This document shows positions 1-11,545 of a DNA stretch of 64,000 nucleotides, piece after piece. Made by a program: the position numbers and the translations under genes. The notes beneath the pieces are model-generated. The model searched no databases, had not been told where the DNA came from, and worked only from the letters and a program-made list of their open reading frames with translations. Origin of the DNA: an uncultured Nitrososphaerales archaeon (GTDB lineage: Archaea; Thermoproteota; Nitrososphaeria; Nitrososphaerales; Nitrososphaeraceae); assembly GCA_963841565.1 (NCBI GenBank), contig CAWJCY010000012.1, positions 1 through 64,000 of the forward strand, read 5' to 3'. Every line of letters starts with the position of its first letter. Within the stretch, counting starts at the first letter, position 1.

Positions 1-125
1 TAGAACTAAGGTAAAATCTCAGCAGCCATGGATCTCGGTTTACTCAAATAACTTTATAAGAATGTCTTGCCCCTTCTATATTGATGTCATTTTTTGGAAC
101 CTCTAGAAGAGTTGCACGTAGAACT

Positions 126-350
126 TCACGTAGAACCGTAAGAAGATGGGGAGCATAGAATCAAACGGCTCCAGGAGAACCTTACGAGGAAGAAATACTC
201 CTTATCAATCGCAACCATAGGAAGCCGGCGCCGTGCGGCGTTCAATGCATCTCGAGCATGAGTCAACTCCTTTTCTTTTTTGAGTAACCTCTTTCGATCA
301 ACTAGCCATTTTTCTCGCGTTACAATTTCTGGCAAGTTTATCTTGTTCAA
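126..350 (-). pseudogene. DUF899 (thioredoxin-like) family N-terminal remnant
   Basis: IVTREKWLVDRKRLLKKEKELTHARDALNAARRRLPMVAIDKEYFF matches the DUF899 N-terminus; similarity stops after ~54 aa. Confidence 0.7.
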
Positions 351-1314
351 TTTTCATATTGATCATACAAAGTATTTTATATAACTGAATAAGAGATCGA
401 AAGTATAGTTTTAGCCAAGAAATTCTCTGCTCTAGGAAATCATGCTACCACATATCCATTCCGTTCCTTCTGGCTACCTTAAAAATTCTTCAATAGAGAT
501 CGAGAATATAGAATGAGGATGTAATTATTCTGGACATGTATAGCCGGAATATCGATGATATAGAAACAATTTTGAAGGAAACAAAACCCTTTGATGGCGA
601 AACGAAGGCGGAAATATTTCATAAAGCGATTTCTAATTTCCTTATTGATATTGTAGTGATCCAGGTGGGTAGCTACCCCTGGACAATAATATCTTTTACC
701 ATTTTCTATATCACAATTAATGTTTCGGGCTGATTCATAACAACCTAGAATTGATCCCCCCAAATTCAATACTGGTTCTTAGGGGGGGTAGATTTGTTCG
801 CCTGAAGATTTACTTTGACCATCTTTTCTGCATTCAACAACCTTGGGATTTGATAGTACGTCTTTGATCCATTCTAGATTTGCAGCAGATCGTTCAACCA
901 CTCGCCTCATATCCTTGTTGGTGAACCTAAAGCGTCAACTGGATGGATGCTACGCACAGGAGCAACAATGACTTCAAAACTTGGGCGTTATACAGAAATG
1001 ATAATACTCTATTAATAAACAAATAATGATACTAAAATTAGCAAAACAATATACCATGGTCAGCGCATCATTGCAATAACTGCACTTACGTCTAGACATC
1101 TGGATCCCATTCTGCATACTTATGACCGCACTTGTAGCAGTGCCAGTATGTTTTATCGTTTTCCATATCCCAGATACGCTCCATCTTCTTGTTACCACAC
1201 TTAATGCATTCTGGCATATCCTTTCATGGTCGAAGAGAAGATATGAGAATAACTAAATACATCCATAACATGACAGCTGGCCACATATCTGAACTGTATG
1301 CATCACCAATTACT

Positions 1315-1854
1315 TTAATTAAAAATTTGTCCTCTAATTTCTCCATCAGGATTTTGTTTAGTGTGGACATTAACATACGCATCGTTATTATTCATAAGTA
1401 TAATCATATCAGACATCTGTTTTCCCTTCAATGGTCCTTGAAGTTTATCAGCTGTTATATTACCCTCTGCTAATAGTCCATCTACTAGACCAGTGGGCGT
1501 TATAGATTTGAATCGTATAAGTGTTACTACAACGGGACCATTTTCACCTTTTTTACCTTGTTGTATTTGAGCCATCGTAACGTTATCTATGTCTTTAACA
1601 TTTACCTCGTACTTCATCCTCATTCCATCATTACTAAGAATAAATGTAGAATTACCAGTAGCCTTAGAATTTGTGGTCGGCACTTCGTCTTGGCTGATAA
1701 GACTTGCGGTAAAGTTTTGCTCCTCTTGAGCTAACACAAACATTGGAAGTTTGATAGATGATGATGACACCATCATATTTGGTACATATATTGCCGCTAC
1801 AAGACTAAAACACAATATAATTACCGCTACATCTTTGGCACCTTTTATATCCAT
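1315..1854 (-). CDS. Secreted CHRD-domain protein
   Basis: Signal-like N-terminus; FTASL..QDEVP, GENGPVVV, AYVNVHTKQNPDGEIRGQI. Confidence 0.85.
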   Translation of the reverse strand: MDIKGAKDVAVIILCFSLVAAIYVPNMMVSSSSIKLPMFVLAQEEQNFTASLISQDEVPTTNSKATGNSTFILSNDGMRMKYEVNVKDIDNVTMAQIQQGKKGENGPVVVTLIRFKSITPTGLVDGLLAEGNITADKLQGPLKGKQMSDMIILMNNNDAYVNVHTKQNPDGEIRGQIFN

Positions 1855-2042
1855 AAATCTGTTCTGATATTACTTCATTTGAACGTATCTGGAGCTTGTC
1901 ATTTATAATTTATTTACGTATATAATTTATTTATGTAAGTCCGCCAGAGTGCTTATGAGCTATTCCTCTTAGCTTCGTATCCGCCTTGCGTGGGTAAGAT
2001 GAAAACATTCTTACAACATCAACCTTTTAAAATCTTTAAACG

Positions 2043-3143
2043 CTACTTTATTACGGATACAAGCCCATCAACGCCTGTAAGGGTGCCAGCTACGTAAACA
2101 GCCTTATTCGCTGGATTATATTCTAAGGCGAGAGGTAGACTATTAACATCTGTGGTAGAAGCCACCGTATTATTCTCACTGTCTAAAATGGATACAGAAT
2201 TGGATACAACATTACCTACGTACATGTCAGTATTAGATGGGTTGAATAGCAAAGCGACAGGCTCGGTACCAACTCCGACAGTTTCAAGTAACGTGCTATT
2301 AGAGCCATCAATTACAGATACAGTTCGTGAACCGCGATTGGCTACGTAGATATCATTGTTGGCAGGATTGAATTCTATGGTGGTAGGTTCATTTTCAACT
2401 TTAACATTATTTGCTACCACGTTACTCCTGGTATCGATAACGGAGACCGTTCCTGAATCTCTGTTGGCTACGTATAAAATGTTGTTTGAGGGGTTATATC
2501 CTAAGGATATAGGTGAGCCTTCCACTTCTATCTCTTTAATTACCGTATTATTATTGCCAACATCAATTACTGAGACGGTGTCTGAGCCTTCATTTGCTAC
2601 GTAGATATGGTTATTGGAGGGATTAAATTCCAAGTCTACAGGATCTATACCTGCTTCAATATCATTGGTAACCTCATTAACATTGCTGTCGATTACTGAA
2701 ATAGAGTTTGAAATCACATTAGCTACGTAAACATCGTTGTTGACTGGGTTGAAGAGCAGTTGTTCTGGGAAGCTGCCGACAGTAACATTCTTGATCACCG
2801 TATTGTTAGCAGTTTCTATCACAGACACTGTCCCCGAATCCCTATTGGTCACGTAGATATTGTTGTTGGATGGGTTGAAGACAAGTGCGTGCGGAGATGC
2901 GCCGACGGCAATATTTTTAATTACCGTATTGTTAGCAGTTTCTATCACAGACACTGTCCCCGAATCCCTATTGGTCACGTAGATATTGTTGTTGGATGGG
3001 TTGAAGACAAGTGCCTGCGGAAAACTACCCACCGGTATTACTGAGGTCACCGAATCTCCGAATATTTTGTTCACTCCAGGCGAGGATGATATGATCATTA
3101 GTACAATGAATAAGCATAAGCATACGAAGGGAAAAGATAGCAT
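2043..3143 (-). CDS. Secreted YVTN/YncE beta-propeller repeat protein
   Basis: Signal peptide plus ~8 repeats of VG..P..L.FNP.NN.IYV(T/A)N..S.TVSVI. Confidence 0.9.
   Translation of the reverse strand: MLSFPFVCLCLFIVLMIISSSPGVNKIFGDSVTSVIPVGSFPQALVFNPSNNNIYVTNRDSGTVSVIETANNTVIKNIAVGASPHALVFNPSNNNIYVTNRDSGTVSVIETANNTVIKNVTVGSFPEQLLFNPVNNDVYVANVISNSISVIDSNVNEVTNDIEAGIDPVDLEFNPSNNHIYVANEGSDTVSVIDVGNNNTVIKEIEVEGSPISLGYNPSNNILYVANRDSGTVSVIDTRSNVVANNVKVENEPTTIEFNPANNDIYVANRGSRTVSVIDGSNSTLLETVGVGTEPVALLFNPSNTDMYVGNVVSNSVSILDSENNTVASTTDVNSLPLALEYNPANKAVYVAGTLTGVDGLVSVIK
2797..3014. repeat. Intragenic tandem duplication, two identical 92-nt blocks, 126-nt period
   Basis: 2797-2888 is identical to 2923-3014; one 42-aa propeller blade. 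Confidence 0.9.
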
Positions 3144-4650
3144 ACTATACGTATCATGATTAATTGATTAGTATATAAAAACTTCTAGTAAGACATAAGT
3201 GCATAGTAAGAAAGGAACACAGAGCACACAAACTGCTGGCCTGTTTACACTGCTACTTCATAGTCATGGTTATTCTTGCATTAATCGGGCTGGGATGGAA
3301 AGCTTCACAGCCGGGGTAATAAGCGGGTTCGAAACTATTTTAGAAGTTGGCCAACCTATAGTGAGAATTTGACTCATGAGGCTCTAAATCGATATAATCA
3401 ATGCCGGAATTGAAGTGAGAGCCTAAAACTATCTAAAAAGTTGAATCCTTACAGATAACGAAAATAATAACAAGGAGTCAGGCCCCTGCTGCAAACAATG
3501 AAAGGATACCTATCTCTATGGCTAATGAACAAGCAAAATAGAGACTGTTATCCAACGGCTGTGTCTAAGTTCCTGAACCGTACTGCAGAATGGGTTAAGT
3601 GTTGTTTCGCGGTATCTCATAATTTAGACAAACGGGTCTAAAGGCATCAAGAAGATCATCATGCAATGTCTGCTATTTGTCCAGTTTCAAGTCGTCCAAT
3701 ACGACTGCAGTTCTAAGTGAAACTACAAGTCATTGCAGCTAAGGATGTATTTTGATTAACCTCTCGGACATCAACGTGTACGTCCACTGCACCATCTCTC
3801 TCTGTCTCTTTTGGAAGTTAACGGGGATTATCTGTCGACTACTATTTCTCAGGTCATTTCACACAATAGAGAAAAATAATTGACTAACCAAAAAGATGTT
3901 CAGACTGTGTTAAGGTAAGCTGCTTTTGATCTACCGTCTTCGAAAAACAGGGTGTATTTACTTAAGCCATATTTTACATAATTCTTAGGCTCAAATTATA
4001 GGGGGGGCCTGAGAAATATTTCTTACAAGACGCCTAGGTTTGTTTAATGGTATCTTACATCTTCAATCCTACTAATATTCTACACCTATAAGACTCTTTA
4101 ATTAAACCTTTATAGCTATATGCAAAGATTATTACACCTATAAAATAATTAGCAGATTCCACTGAAAAGGTCATAAGAGTTTTTGCACGCAAGGCCAGCA
4201 GTAAAAATGGAATAAAGAAACCAACTGGTTGATTGGGATGACTGTGGTGAGTTGGATGAATGCTCGGAATTAGCAAGTACAGGGGTGGATAGTGAAAGTC
4301 ATTTACACAGGTATTCCTAGATCTTGACACAATGATCGATTCCTGTTCTATTCAAGCTATTAGCAGTATGCACCGTGACCAATGCAGTAACCATTTTAGT
4401 TGCTCCCTTCAAGAACCTCCCAACAAAAATACAATAACCTTTTATTGATGTAGTACAGCATTCTGCCGATCCGACCAATTTTAAATTTTGTTTTCTTCTT
4501 GCATTCGATCAATATTCTGCTTTTAACTCGAAACTAGTTTTAGCAACTGTTCAGGCTAGGTCATAATTCTTCCATCGTGATAGTAACGGCCTAGTTAGTA
4601 ATCTATATCAAGTCTGAATCTTTGTTCCGCTATTGAAATTAAATAAATTG

Positions 4651-4670
4651 GAATCACGCATGCGTGATTC
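4651..4670. repeat. Perfect 20-bp palindrome
   Basis: GAATCACGCATGCGTGATTC equals its own reverse complement. Confidence 0.85.
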
Positions 4671-5090
4671 AAGAGTGTGAATGACGTGATGTTCCACATA
4701 ATGGAACTATTCAATATAATCTTTTACTACTTATCTAATGGTCAAGGCAATTAGTCTAAAATATAAAATGTGAAAAGGTATGTGTTATAAAAGATTTTAT
4801 TATACATGTAACTAGTCTATATTGTGGTCTTAAATAACCCAAACCAGGACATATCTAATCAGCTGGTTAGATGTGCAAGCATTGCCTTATGCTACTTTGA
4901 AAAGGCTACCGTCGACTTACTTCGCTATTTATCTCTTTTAACACTGCATCTCTATGTCTATCCTGATCTTCTGGCTCGTAAGGATCATGTGATTCAAACT
5001 TTTCGGATCTAGTCCAATTCAACCATGATATGTCATCTCATGCTTACATACAACATCTATTAAGTAGTGAGTCGCTCAAAATAAGTCATC

Positions 5091-5816
5091 ATGCAAAATG
5101 CTCCCGGAGTAATTTTCATCGTGAAAGAGATGGTAAAGCACCTTCTTAACTTGCTATTTGTCAATGCTCTATTCATATTCCTTGTACGCAAAGGAACAAA
5201 ATCAGGAGCAGAGTACAATATCAAGTTAATTGGACAGCCGACTAACTACTTTAAATTTAGCGCCGCCCTTATCGGCATATCGTTTGCGGTTATTGCAATT
5301 TTGATTGTAATTGTATTCGATCAAAACGTAATGATAGTAATTGCTGCTATTTTCATTTCTCTTGGGGCGGGGCGACAGATCTTTGCCTCGGCACTGGATG
5401 TCGTAACAACGAACCTGGACGCCTTCTTGTCATCTTGGGCATCAACTCTTCTATTGCTTGCAAGGACTAGGCTGATGGTGACGACGACAGATTGGCGTTC
5501 CATAGAAAGGCGAATCGAGCTGATACTCATGAGCAGGGGGCTTGAGTATAATTTGCCTGTTGAACTTGATGGGGTAAAACCAGAATCTCAGCAAATATTA
5601 TTAGAGTATTTGGATGAGCATAAATGGGAGTTAAAGTGTCAACAGGCTATTACAGATGATGATTCTAGCTGCCTTGCATTTGTCCAATACGCAACTAAAC
5701 AGATGAGAGAGAAGTTGCAGATATATGATAGACTGGAAGAACTACAGGAAAGAAGTGGAGGCGTTAACGCAGTAATCCTGATAGCATTGGGAACATTGAT
5801 TTGGTTAATTTCATAG
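5091..5816 (+). CDS. Hypothetical membrane protein, possibly frameshifted at the 3' end
   Basis: 241-aa ORF with several hydrophobic segments; a hydrophobic reading (VNFIVLALMAVLGLEISF) continues in another frame past the stop. Confidence 0.5.
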   Translation: MQNAPGVIFIVKEMVKHLLNLLFVNALFIFLVRKGTKSGAEYNIKLIGQPTNYFKFSAALIGISFAVIAILIVIVFDQNVMIVIAAIFISLGAGRQIFASALDVVTTNLDAFLSSWASTLLLLARTRLMVTTTDWRSIERRIELILMSRGLEYNLPVELDGVKPESQQILLEYLDEHKWELKCQQAITDDDSSCLAFVQYATKQMREKLQIYDRLEELQERSGGVNAVILIALGTLIWLIS

Positions 5817-6041
5817 TTTTGGCACTAATGGCAGTTTTAGGGTTGGAGATTTCATTTTTCTCAACTTCAAAGACTTTGGGTGCAATTATCTCACAGCTAC
5901 CGAAGGCCAAACAAAGAGAGGGCTCTACTATTATTTGAAAACGACTACTGATATCTTGTTGCAGCCGTCTTCCGAGACTTACTTTTTCATCCATTTCAAT
6001 AGTTTTTACCATATCTAACATATTGACCCAGTTCTAACAAG

Positions 6042-6308
6042 GTTGGTTTACTATCTAATATTGAGAGCGATTCATATTACATATACACCGAATATGTAGT
6101 TCGGTTTTTACTTATACTACTGTTATACTCTATGTGGCTATTTTTTACCTTCTAGTTCCTACAACTGTAGATGTAGCTTTATCGTCTTGCTTTTCTAATA
6201 TATACAAACATATAGTATGATCCTCTTGATCTCTTTTGCTTTTACTTTGAGAATATTTCTGTTGTAGTAAATTCTACAGACAAACGGGGCTAATTTTGAA
6301 TTTCATGC
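6042..6308. repeat. Dispersed repeat copy A
   Basis: 6081-6308 aligns with 7758-7958 (direct); 6042-6116 aligns with the reverse complement of 13727-13804; core hairpin ACCGAA-N-TTCGGT then a T-run. Confidence 0.9.
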
Positions 6309-6769
6309 AAATCCTCACTGTCAAAGTCAAACCAGAAGAGGTTTAACCAGATAACCGCCGTGATTGCAATAGCACTGGTCGTCTTGAGCGCTTCTGTGGT
6401 TATCAGTTGGGACAACCAATTACTGCCCAGAACCAGCTTGACAATATGACCGGTAATAAGACAGTTAATCAAACCGGAGGACTAAGAATGTCTATGTATT
6501 CCGATATCAGTCTGGTGCAGAAAATTACAAGAAATAACATGTCAATAACAAATAGTAACACAAGTTAGCCTCAGTTCAACTCTATAACAAATGATAAATG
6601 ATAAGGATGAAACCATGATGAACCATAGAGGTTATTGCTAGACCTTTAATGCCTACATATAGTAGAGAAATCTAGTTATCTTAACTTGGTAGCAAACAAG
6701 TAAACCAACTCGAAGTGAAGATAAACCATTCGATTATGTATTTCGACCGGCTACCACTACTAACTTATT

Positions 6770-7528
6770 CTAAAGGATAATTTGTTCAGCAGCAAATTTC
6801 CTAGGGTCTAGTAAATTAAATTCCTCTAAAAAGGCTTCAACTTCTTTTTCTGACTCCAAAAAGGCTTTAGCTTCACCTTTTCGCATCTTATCTAGTTTCC
6901 CGATCGCTTCTTTAAATTTCTCAATATCCATTACTAATCCATAGTAATCTCTTACTCTTTCCAGAGTTGTTTCATAATGTCTCTTGTCCCCGGACGCCGT
7001 AGCATCAGATATTATCATCACATCGTAACCTAAGTTAAATCCTTCCCTTAATGAAGTCTCTACACAAATAGAAGTATCAATTCCAGTAAATACCAAGAAA
7101 TTAATGCCCTGACTCTGAAGCATAATCCGGAAATCTGTATCTAGGAAAGCACCATCCCTTCGTTTTATAATTACAGGATCTTTCTCTTTAGGTTTTAGTT
7201 CATCGATTGTTACTCCATCCCAAGTACCTCTAATACATATGGGTACTTTCAATCTCTCCTGTCTTGATTTGGGTAAGATGTTATGGACGTTTGTAAGAAT
7301 ATCAATGCCACTATCCTCCTTTACTGCTTCGGTGTAAAAGACAGGAATACCCATACTCCTGCAGAATTCAATTAAATCCTTAAGCTTTGGAATAATCTCT
7401 CTATACAGAGAGGTGTTCATGCCAATTTTATCATATGAACCACCTTTACTAACAAAACCATTCTGCATATCTATAACTACCAATGCAGGTGCGAGTGTAC
7501 GTCCATTAGGCAAAATGACTTTAAACAA
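6770..7528 (-). CDS. Isochorismatase-family cysteine hydrolase (RutB-like)
   Basis: VIDMQNGF (Asp), IIKRR (Lys), GIDTSICVETS (Cys) catalytic triad. Confidence 0.88.
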   Translation of the reverse strand: MFKVILPNGRTLAPALVVIDMQNGFVSKGGSYDKIGMNTSLYREIIPKLKDLIEFCRSMGIPVFYTEAVKEDSGIDILTNVHNILPKSRQERLKVPICIRGTWDGVTIDELKPKEKDPVIIKRRDGAFLDTDFRIMLQSQGINFLVFTGIDTSICVETSLREGFNLGYDVMIISDATASGDKRHYETTLERVRDYYGLVMDIEKFKEAIGKLDKMRKGEAKAFLESEKEVEAFLEEFNLLDPRKFAAEQIIL

Positions 7529-7757
7529 TTTTTCATTCTTAATACTAATCCGCTTAAAGATAAACTTTTAATTACAGACATGCTGGGGTAAGCCTATACT
7601 TGTCCTTGTTCAGCATATGCATAGTGTACATTGAATATTCATACGTTGTCAGCACCATCTGTCTAGATTATAATAAAAGATAATGACTGGAAGTACATTG
7701 TAGGATGGAATGAGCTGGATTAGGAGGAATTCATACCGATGGTCGAAAATAAATAGT

Positions 7758-7958
7758 ATATACACCGAATATGTGTTCGGTTTTTACTTATACTATTTGT
7801 GTAGTTGTTTTCTGACTTCTGGTTCCTACCACGTCTTGCTTTTCTAATGTATACAAACATATAGCGTGATCCCATTGATCTCTTTTGCTTTTATTTTGAG
7901 AATATTTCTGTTGTAGTAAATTCTGCAAACAAACGGGGATGATTTTGAATCTCATGCA
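7758..7958. repeat. Dispersed repeat copy B, overlapping a 61-aa minus-strand ORF (7788-7973)
   Basis: Direct diverged copy of 6081-6308. Confidence 0.88.
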
Positions 7959-8317
7959 GCTCATCATACTCATTCAAGTATGCATTCTATAAGAAGTATA
8001 AATTAATTTCATTTCTATTTTTAAACTTCACAGACTAAAAGATTTCGTTACTTTTCAATTAAGATTCTCATTTACTATTCGACTTTATTTCCTAGCCTAA
8101 TTTGCCCTATTTTTTGACATAACAGTGAAGAGCTCTAATCTCAGATTGGGTACAATGGTTATTTGCCAGCCAACCTATCCTAGTCACTGGCTTTGGATGC
8201 CAGTACATATTCTTTGCACCTAGGAATAAGAGGAGCAGTCCTCCAGTCCTTCAGTTAGGAGTATATGTTTGTATATGTTTATTTTTCAATGAATATTTGT
8301 CGTTGTATATATGATTA

Positions 8318-8644
8318 TTATTGCATACATTGCAGAAGGTAATCATATTGTGATTCAATGTTCGATTTATCCTTAACTCTGTCCAATCGATTTTCTATCC
8401 TATTACTAATTGTAAAATGACTCGTAGATGGATCTTTAAAATAAGTGATAAATTCTTTATTCTCTTCCAGTAACCATTTTGTTGAACTTCTTGAACGAAA
8501 TGATTTGTTGTCATTTTCTTTGTATTTATCTTTAATTAAATATTTTATAATGTTTTGATACAATAAAGCATTGCGTGTATAACCACCATCGGATTTCAAG
8601 AAAACCGGCGGACTCCTTTTCAGATTCTTATACAGGCAGAACAC
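8318..8644 (-). pseudogene. Hypothetical protein fragment, divergent from the topoisomerase-like gene
   Basis: 108-aa charged ORF overlapping the 5' end of the next ORF; no firm motif. Confidence 0.35.
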
Positions 8645-11316
8645 CCAAGAACATCTCTTCTAATCCCGATCCAGAGTATAAGATTTACGAACACGAAGAT
8701 ACCCCACCGAGTAAAAATAACACCATCCAACTTGACGACTGGAATACACAAAAAAGTCTCGGTGGTATCCAATCACGCACAAATTCAACTGCTTTATACA
8801 CTGCCGAGAAGAGCAACATGGACTACTTTACCCTGCCAGGTGTTTGTAAACGCACAGGATGTAGTATAGTCGAATTAATTGTATGGGCTATAAGGCAACT
8901 AATCGATAATGGAGTTGATTTTGTCGAAAGTAATTATGATGAAAATTTACATTCAGATGACACCAGGATATACATCTCAACAAAATATGATCCTAATACA
9001 AATCAACTGATAATAAATGTAAGCAATCCAAACTTTGGAAAACATGAAGCAGGATTCACTGAAGAGAGGGTTAACGCCATATTCGAGGACTTGAATCAAT
9101 TTGTTTCCAGTAAACGGAATCTATTCAAGCTCACACGAGGTTATCAGGGTGATGCAATGCAAGAGGAATTAGGAATTCCAACCGCATTAGCTTCAAAATA
9201 CAGCAAAGGGAGAGAGTGGAATGAACCACTTACTATACGGAATGGGGCTGGACAAGAATTTGAAATCAGAATTATAATAGACAAGATATATGGACGCAAT
9301 TATTCGAAGATTAAAACTAATCAAACCAATAGAGCAGATAACTATACACAAGTAGAGATACGAGTACCATACAACAAAGACATAATCAATTTAGATGAAA
9401 TAAAAAAGGTTCTAATTGAATACGCATTACTCAACACACACATCAGTTTCAACCTCGATTTGGTAGATTCCATTAATACAGATAATCCTTTCGAATTCCA
9501 AGAACCATATCGAATAGACCTGCCAGCAACACAAAAGATGTTCATTAGCAATACAAGCTACAAAAAACTTACTCGCATATACCATTTTGACCTAGGGATA
9601 TTTGAGAATCTCCTTTATAGTATCGAAAACAAGGGTCTAAATATCTATGATGATATTCTTCAAGCTCACATCAAAGAAGGACATTGGCTAGTTAGAAGTA
9701 ATGATTTACTAGTTCCAGTCGGACAACTTCATAAATTACCAGAAAAAGAAAGTAAAGCGAAGATCCGTGATATTTTTCTTAGGTTACGCAGTGCCCGTCC
9801 GAACCAATCCATGGAATTAGGCCCGTCATTAGATGACATCAAAACAAAAAGAGATATGCTTCCATTCCATTTCAAAGAAAGATCTGAAGCACTAAAACTA
9901 AGAGTAGAACAACTTGGATATAATGTCGAGGATATAAAATATAAGATTGAGGTAGGCTACAGCTATAGTAATCCCTCCAATAAGTCAAATATTTCACAAA
10001 GTACAACAGATACTTGCGTTCCATATGTGGTTGAAGTTGCTATAATACATACCGAAGATTTAGAACATAAATTACTATACTGTGAAGGAATTAATGCTTC
10101 GCCAAATTATTATCACTCATTTACCTACAATGGTTACTATCATAACTATCTGACAAAGGGAGGTTCAGAAAAACGGGCATCTGAAGCTAAAGATTTATTA
10201 AGACAGTGTGGTTTTTCTAATGATTCAGACTGCAAACCAGAGAAAGAGAGAAGTATAGTTCTACTTAATCTATGGTCTCCAGTTATAGAGTACAAGGAAT
10301 ATGGTAAATCCTCCATCAACCTAGATCCGTTCGGATACACAGTCTATAACATGATGGGTCGAATGTGTTCTTCGACAAATAAGGTGCGTAATTCTAAAGG
10401 TGAAGTATTAGAGACAAAATCACTTCTAAAAGATTTTCTCACAGAAAGATACAAAACCGTTCTACTAAATCCGACTCTCAAAGAAACAGATCCTTGGAAG
10501 ACTAGCACAGTAGTTTATCGAAAACGTCCTGATTTAGAAAGAAGAGGACTTTATCCAACTAGGAAGTACCTACAGGGTTTAGTCAAGCCAATTTGTGACG
10601 AGATATCAGAAATGAAATTAATGATGAACAAAGACGGAAGCTACCATTTTGAATACACAGGTGTTATAGGGGTAAAGAGAGAGGCTCTTGGAATCTACGA
10701 AGCAACACGCGCTTACATATACTTTAGAGGTTTGACCCATCCAGTATCGCTCATAAGACTAGAAGAATTGAAGACATTGGCCGCTTTTATCGTGGTAATT
10801 GAAAAGGAGGGCGTAGTCGAGCTGCTCACGCATTGGGCAGATTTGTATGGTGTGGCATTATGTTACACCAAAGGATTTCTGACAGACAATGCAAAGGAAC
10901 TTAGTAGATTAGCTGACGAATCTGGTTGTAGAATTGTTATTCTTACTGATATGGATTTTGCCGGTCGTGCTATGGCTAATTTGGTTCCCAGTATTCCAAG
11001 AATTGGTATTACGCTTCAAACACTAAAACAATTAGGTCTTGAATTAAATCCTGATATTCTAGAAGAGCTACCTCAACCAAAGGTCAAAAATTCAAAGAAG
11101 TATAGGGTTCTTACTTATCTACACAATACACATGCTTCTACTGCTAAACTCATGTATGAACAGGGATCGATATGCAATGAAGACTGGAAAATTATGAGTG
11201 GTGGTAAATATGGCAAACGCATTGAAATAGACAATGTTCTTGCAGCTGCAGGAGCTGAGAAATTCTGGAAGGATTTCATTCTTGCGAGTTTTAGAGAATT
11301 GTTTGAAAAGTGGTAA
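8575..11316 (+). CDS. Single-chain type IIB topoisomerase-like protein (Topo VIB + VIA fusion, Topo VIII-like)
   Basis: GHKL motifs RQLIDNGVD and SSKR...TRGYQGDA; putative catalytic Tyr in STVVYRKRP; TOPRIM IEKEG, TKGF, TDMDFAG, RIEID; true start may lie downstream of 8575. Confidence 0.8.
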   Translation: MYNHHRISRKPADSFSDSYTGRTPKNISSNPDPEYKIYEHEDTPPSKNNTIQLDDWNTQKSLGGIQSRTNSTALYTAEKSNMDYFTLPGVCKRTGCSIVELIVWAIRQLIDNGVDFVESNYDENLHSDDTRIYISTKYDPNTNQLIINVSNPNFGKHEAGFTEERVNAIFEDLNQFVSSKRNLFKLTRGYQGDAMQEELGIPTALASKYSKGREWNEPLTIRNGAGQEFEIRIIIDKIYGRNYSKIKTNQTNRADNYTQVEIRVPYNKDIINLDEIKKVLIEYALLNTHISFNLDLVDSINTDNPFEFQEPYRIDLPATQKMFISNTSYKKLTRIYHFDLGIFENLLYSIENKGLNIYDDILQAHIKEGHWLVRSNDLLVPVGQLHKLPEKESKAKIRDIFLRLRSARPNQSMELGPSLDDIKTKRDMLPFHFKERSEALKLRVEQLGYNVEDIKYKIEVGYSYSNPSNKSNISQSTTDTCVPYVVEVAIIHTEDLEHKLLYCEGINASPNYYHSFTYNGYYHNYLTKGGSEKRASEAKDLLRQCGFSNDSDCKPEKERSIVLLNLWSPVIEYKEYGKSSINLDPFGYTVYNMMGRMCSSTNKVRNSKGEVLETKSLLKDFLTERYKTVLLNPTLKETDPWKTSTVVYRKRPDLERRGLYPTRKYLQGLVKPICDEISEMKLMMNKDGSYHFEYTGVIGVKREALGIYEATRAYIYFRGLTHPVSLIRLEELKTLAAFIVVIEKEGVVELLTHWADLYGVALCYTKGFLTDNAKELSRLADESGCRIVILTDMDFAGRAMANLVPSIPRIGITLQTLKQLGLELNPDILEELPQPKVKNSKKYRVLTYLHNTHASTAKLMYEQGSICNEDWKIMSGGKYGKRIEIDNVLAAAGAEKFWKDFILASFRELFEKW

Positions 11317-11545
11317 TATTGGCACTTTTCAGACAAACAAGTAGGGTGATTTACTGAGATTTGTCGAAGGACAGTTCAAAGTTTTACCCACGATCTTTAT
11401 CTGATGCGTTAGAGTAGCAGAAATACTAGTGTGTGTATACTAGTTGGCCTTCCTGTTCTTTCCCTACGGAATCTAACCTAGTTCTGAACTAATAAAATAC
11501 TATTCAAAATATTAACTGTTTTTCTAGTTAGTTAGACCTTATAGA

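Noticed and set aside
479-1473. Short ORFs between the DUF899 remnant and the CHRD gene
   Set aside because: Overlapping, no recognisable motifs; cannot be supported as genes
3310-3340. tRNA-like GGGTTCGAA motif as an att site
   Set aside because: No T-stem pairing or cloverleaf around it
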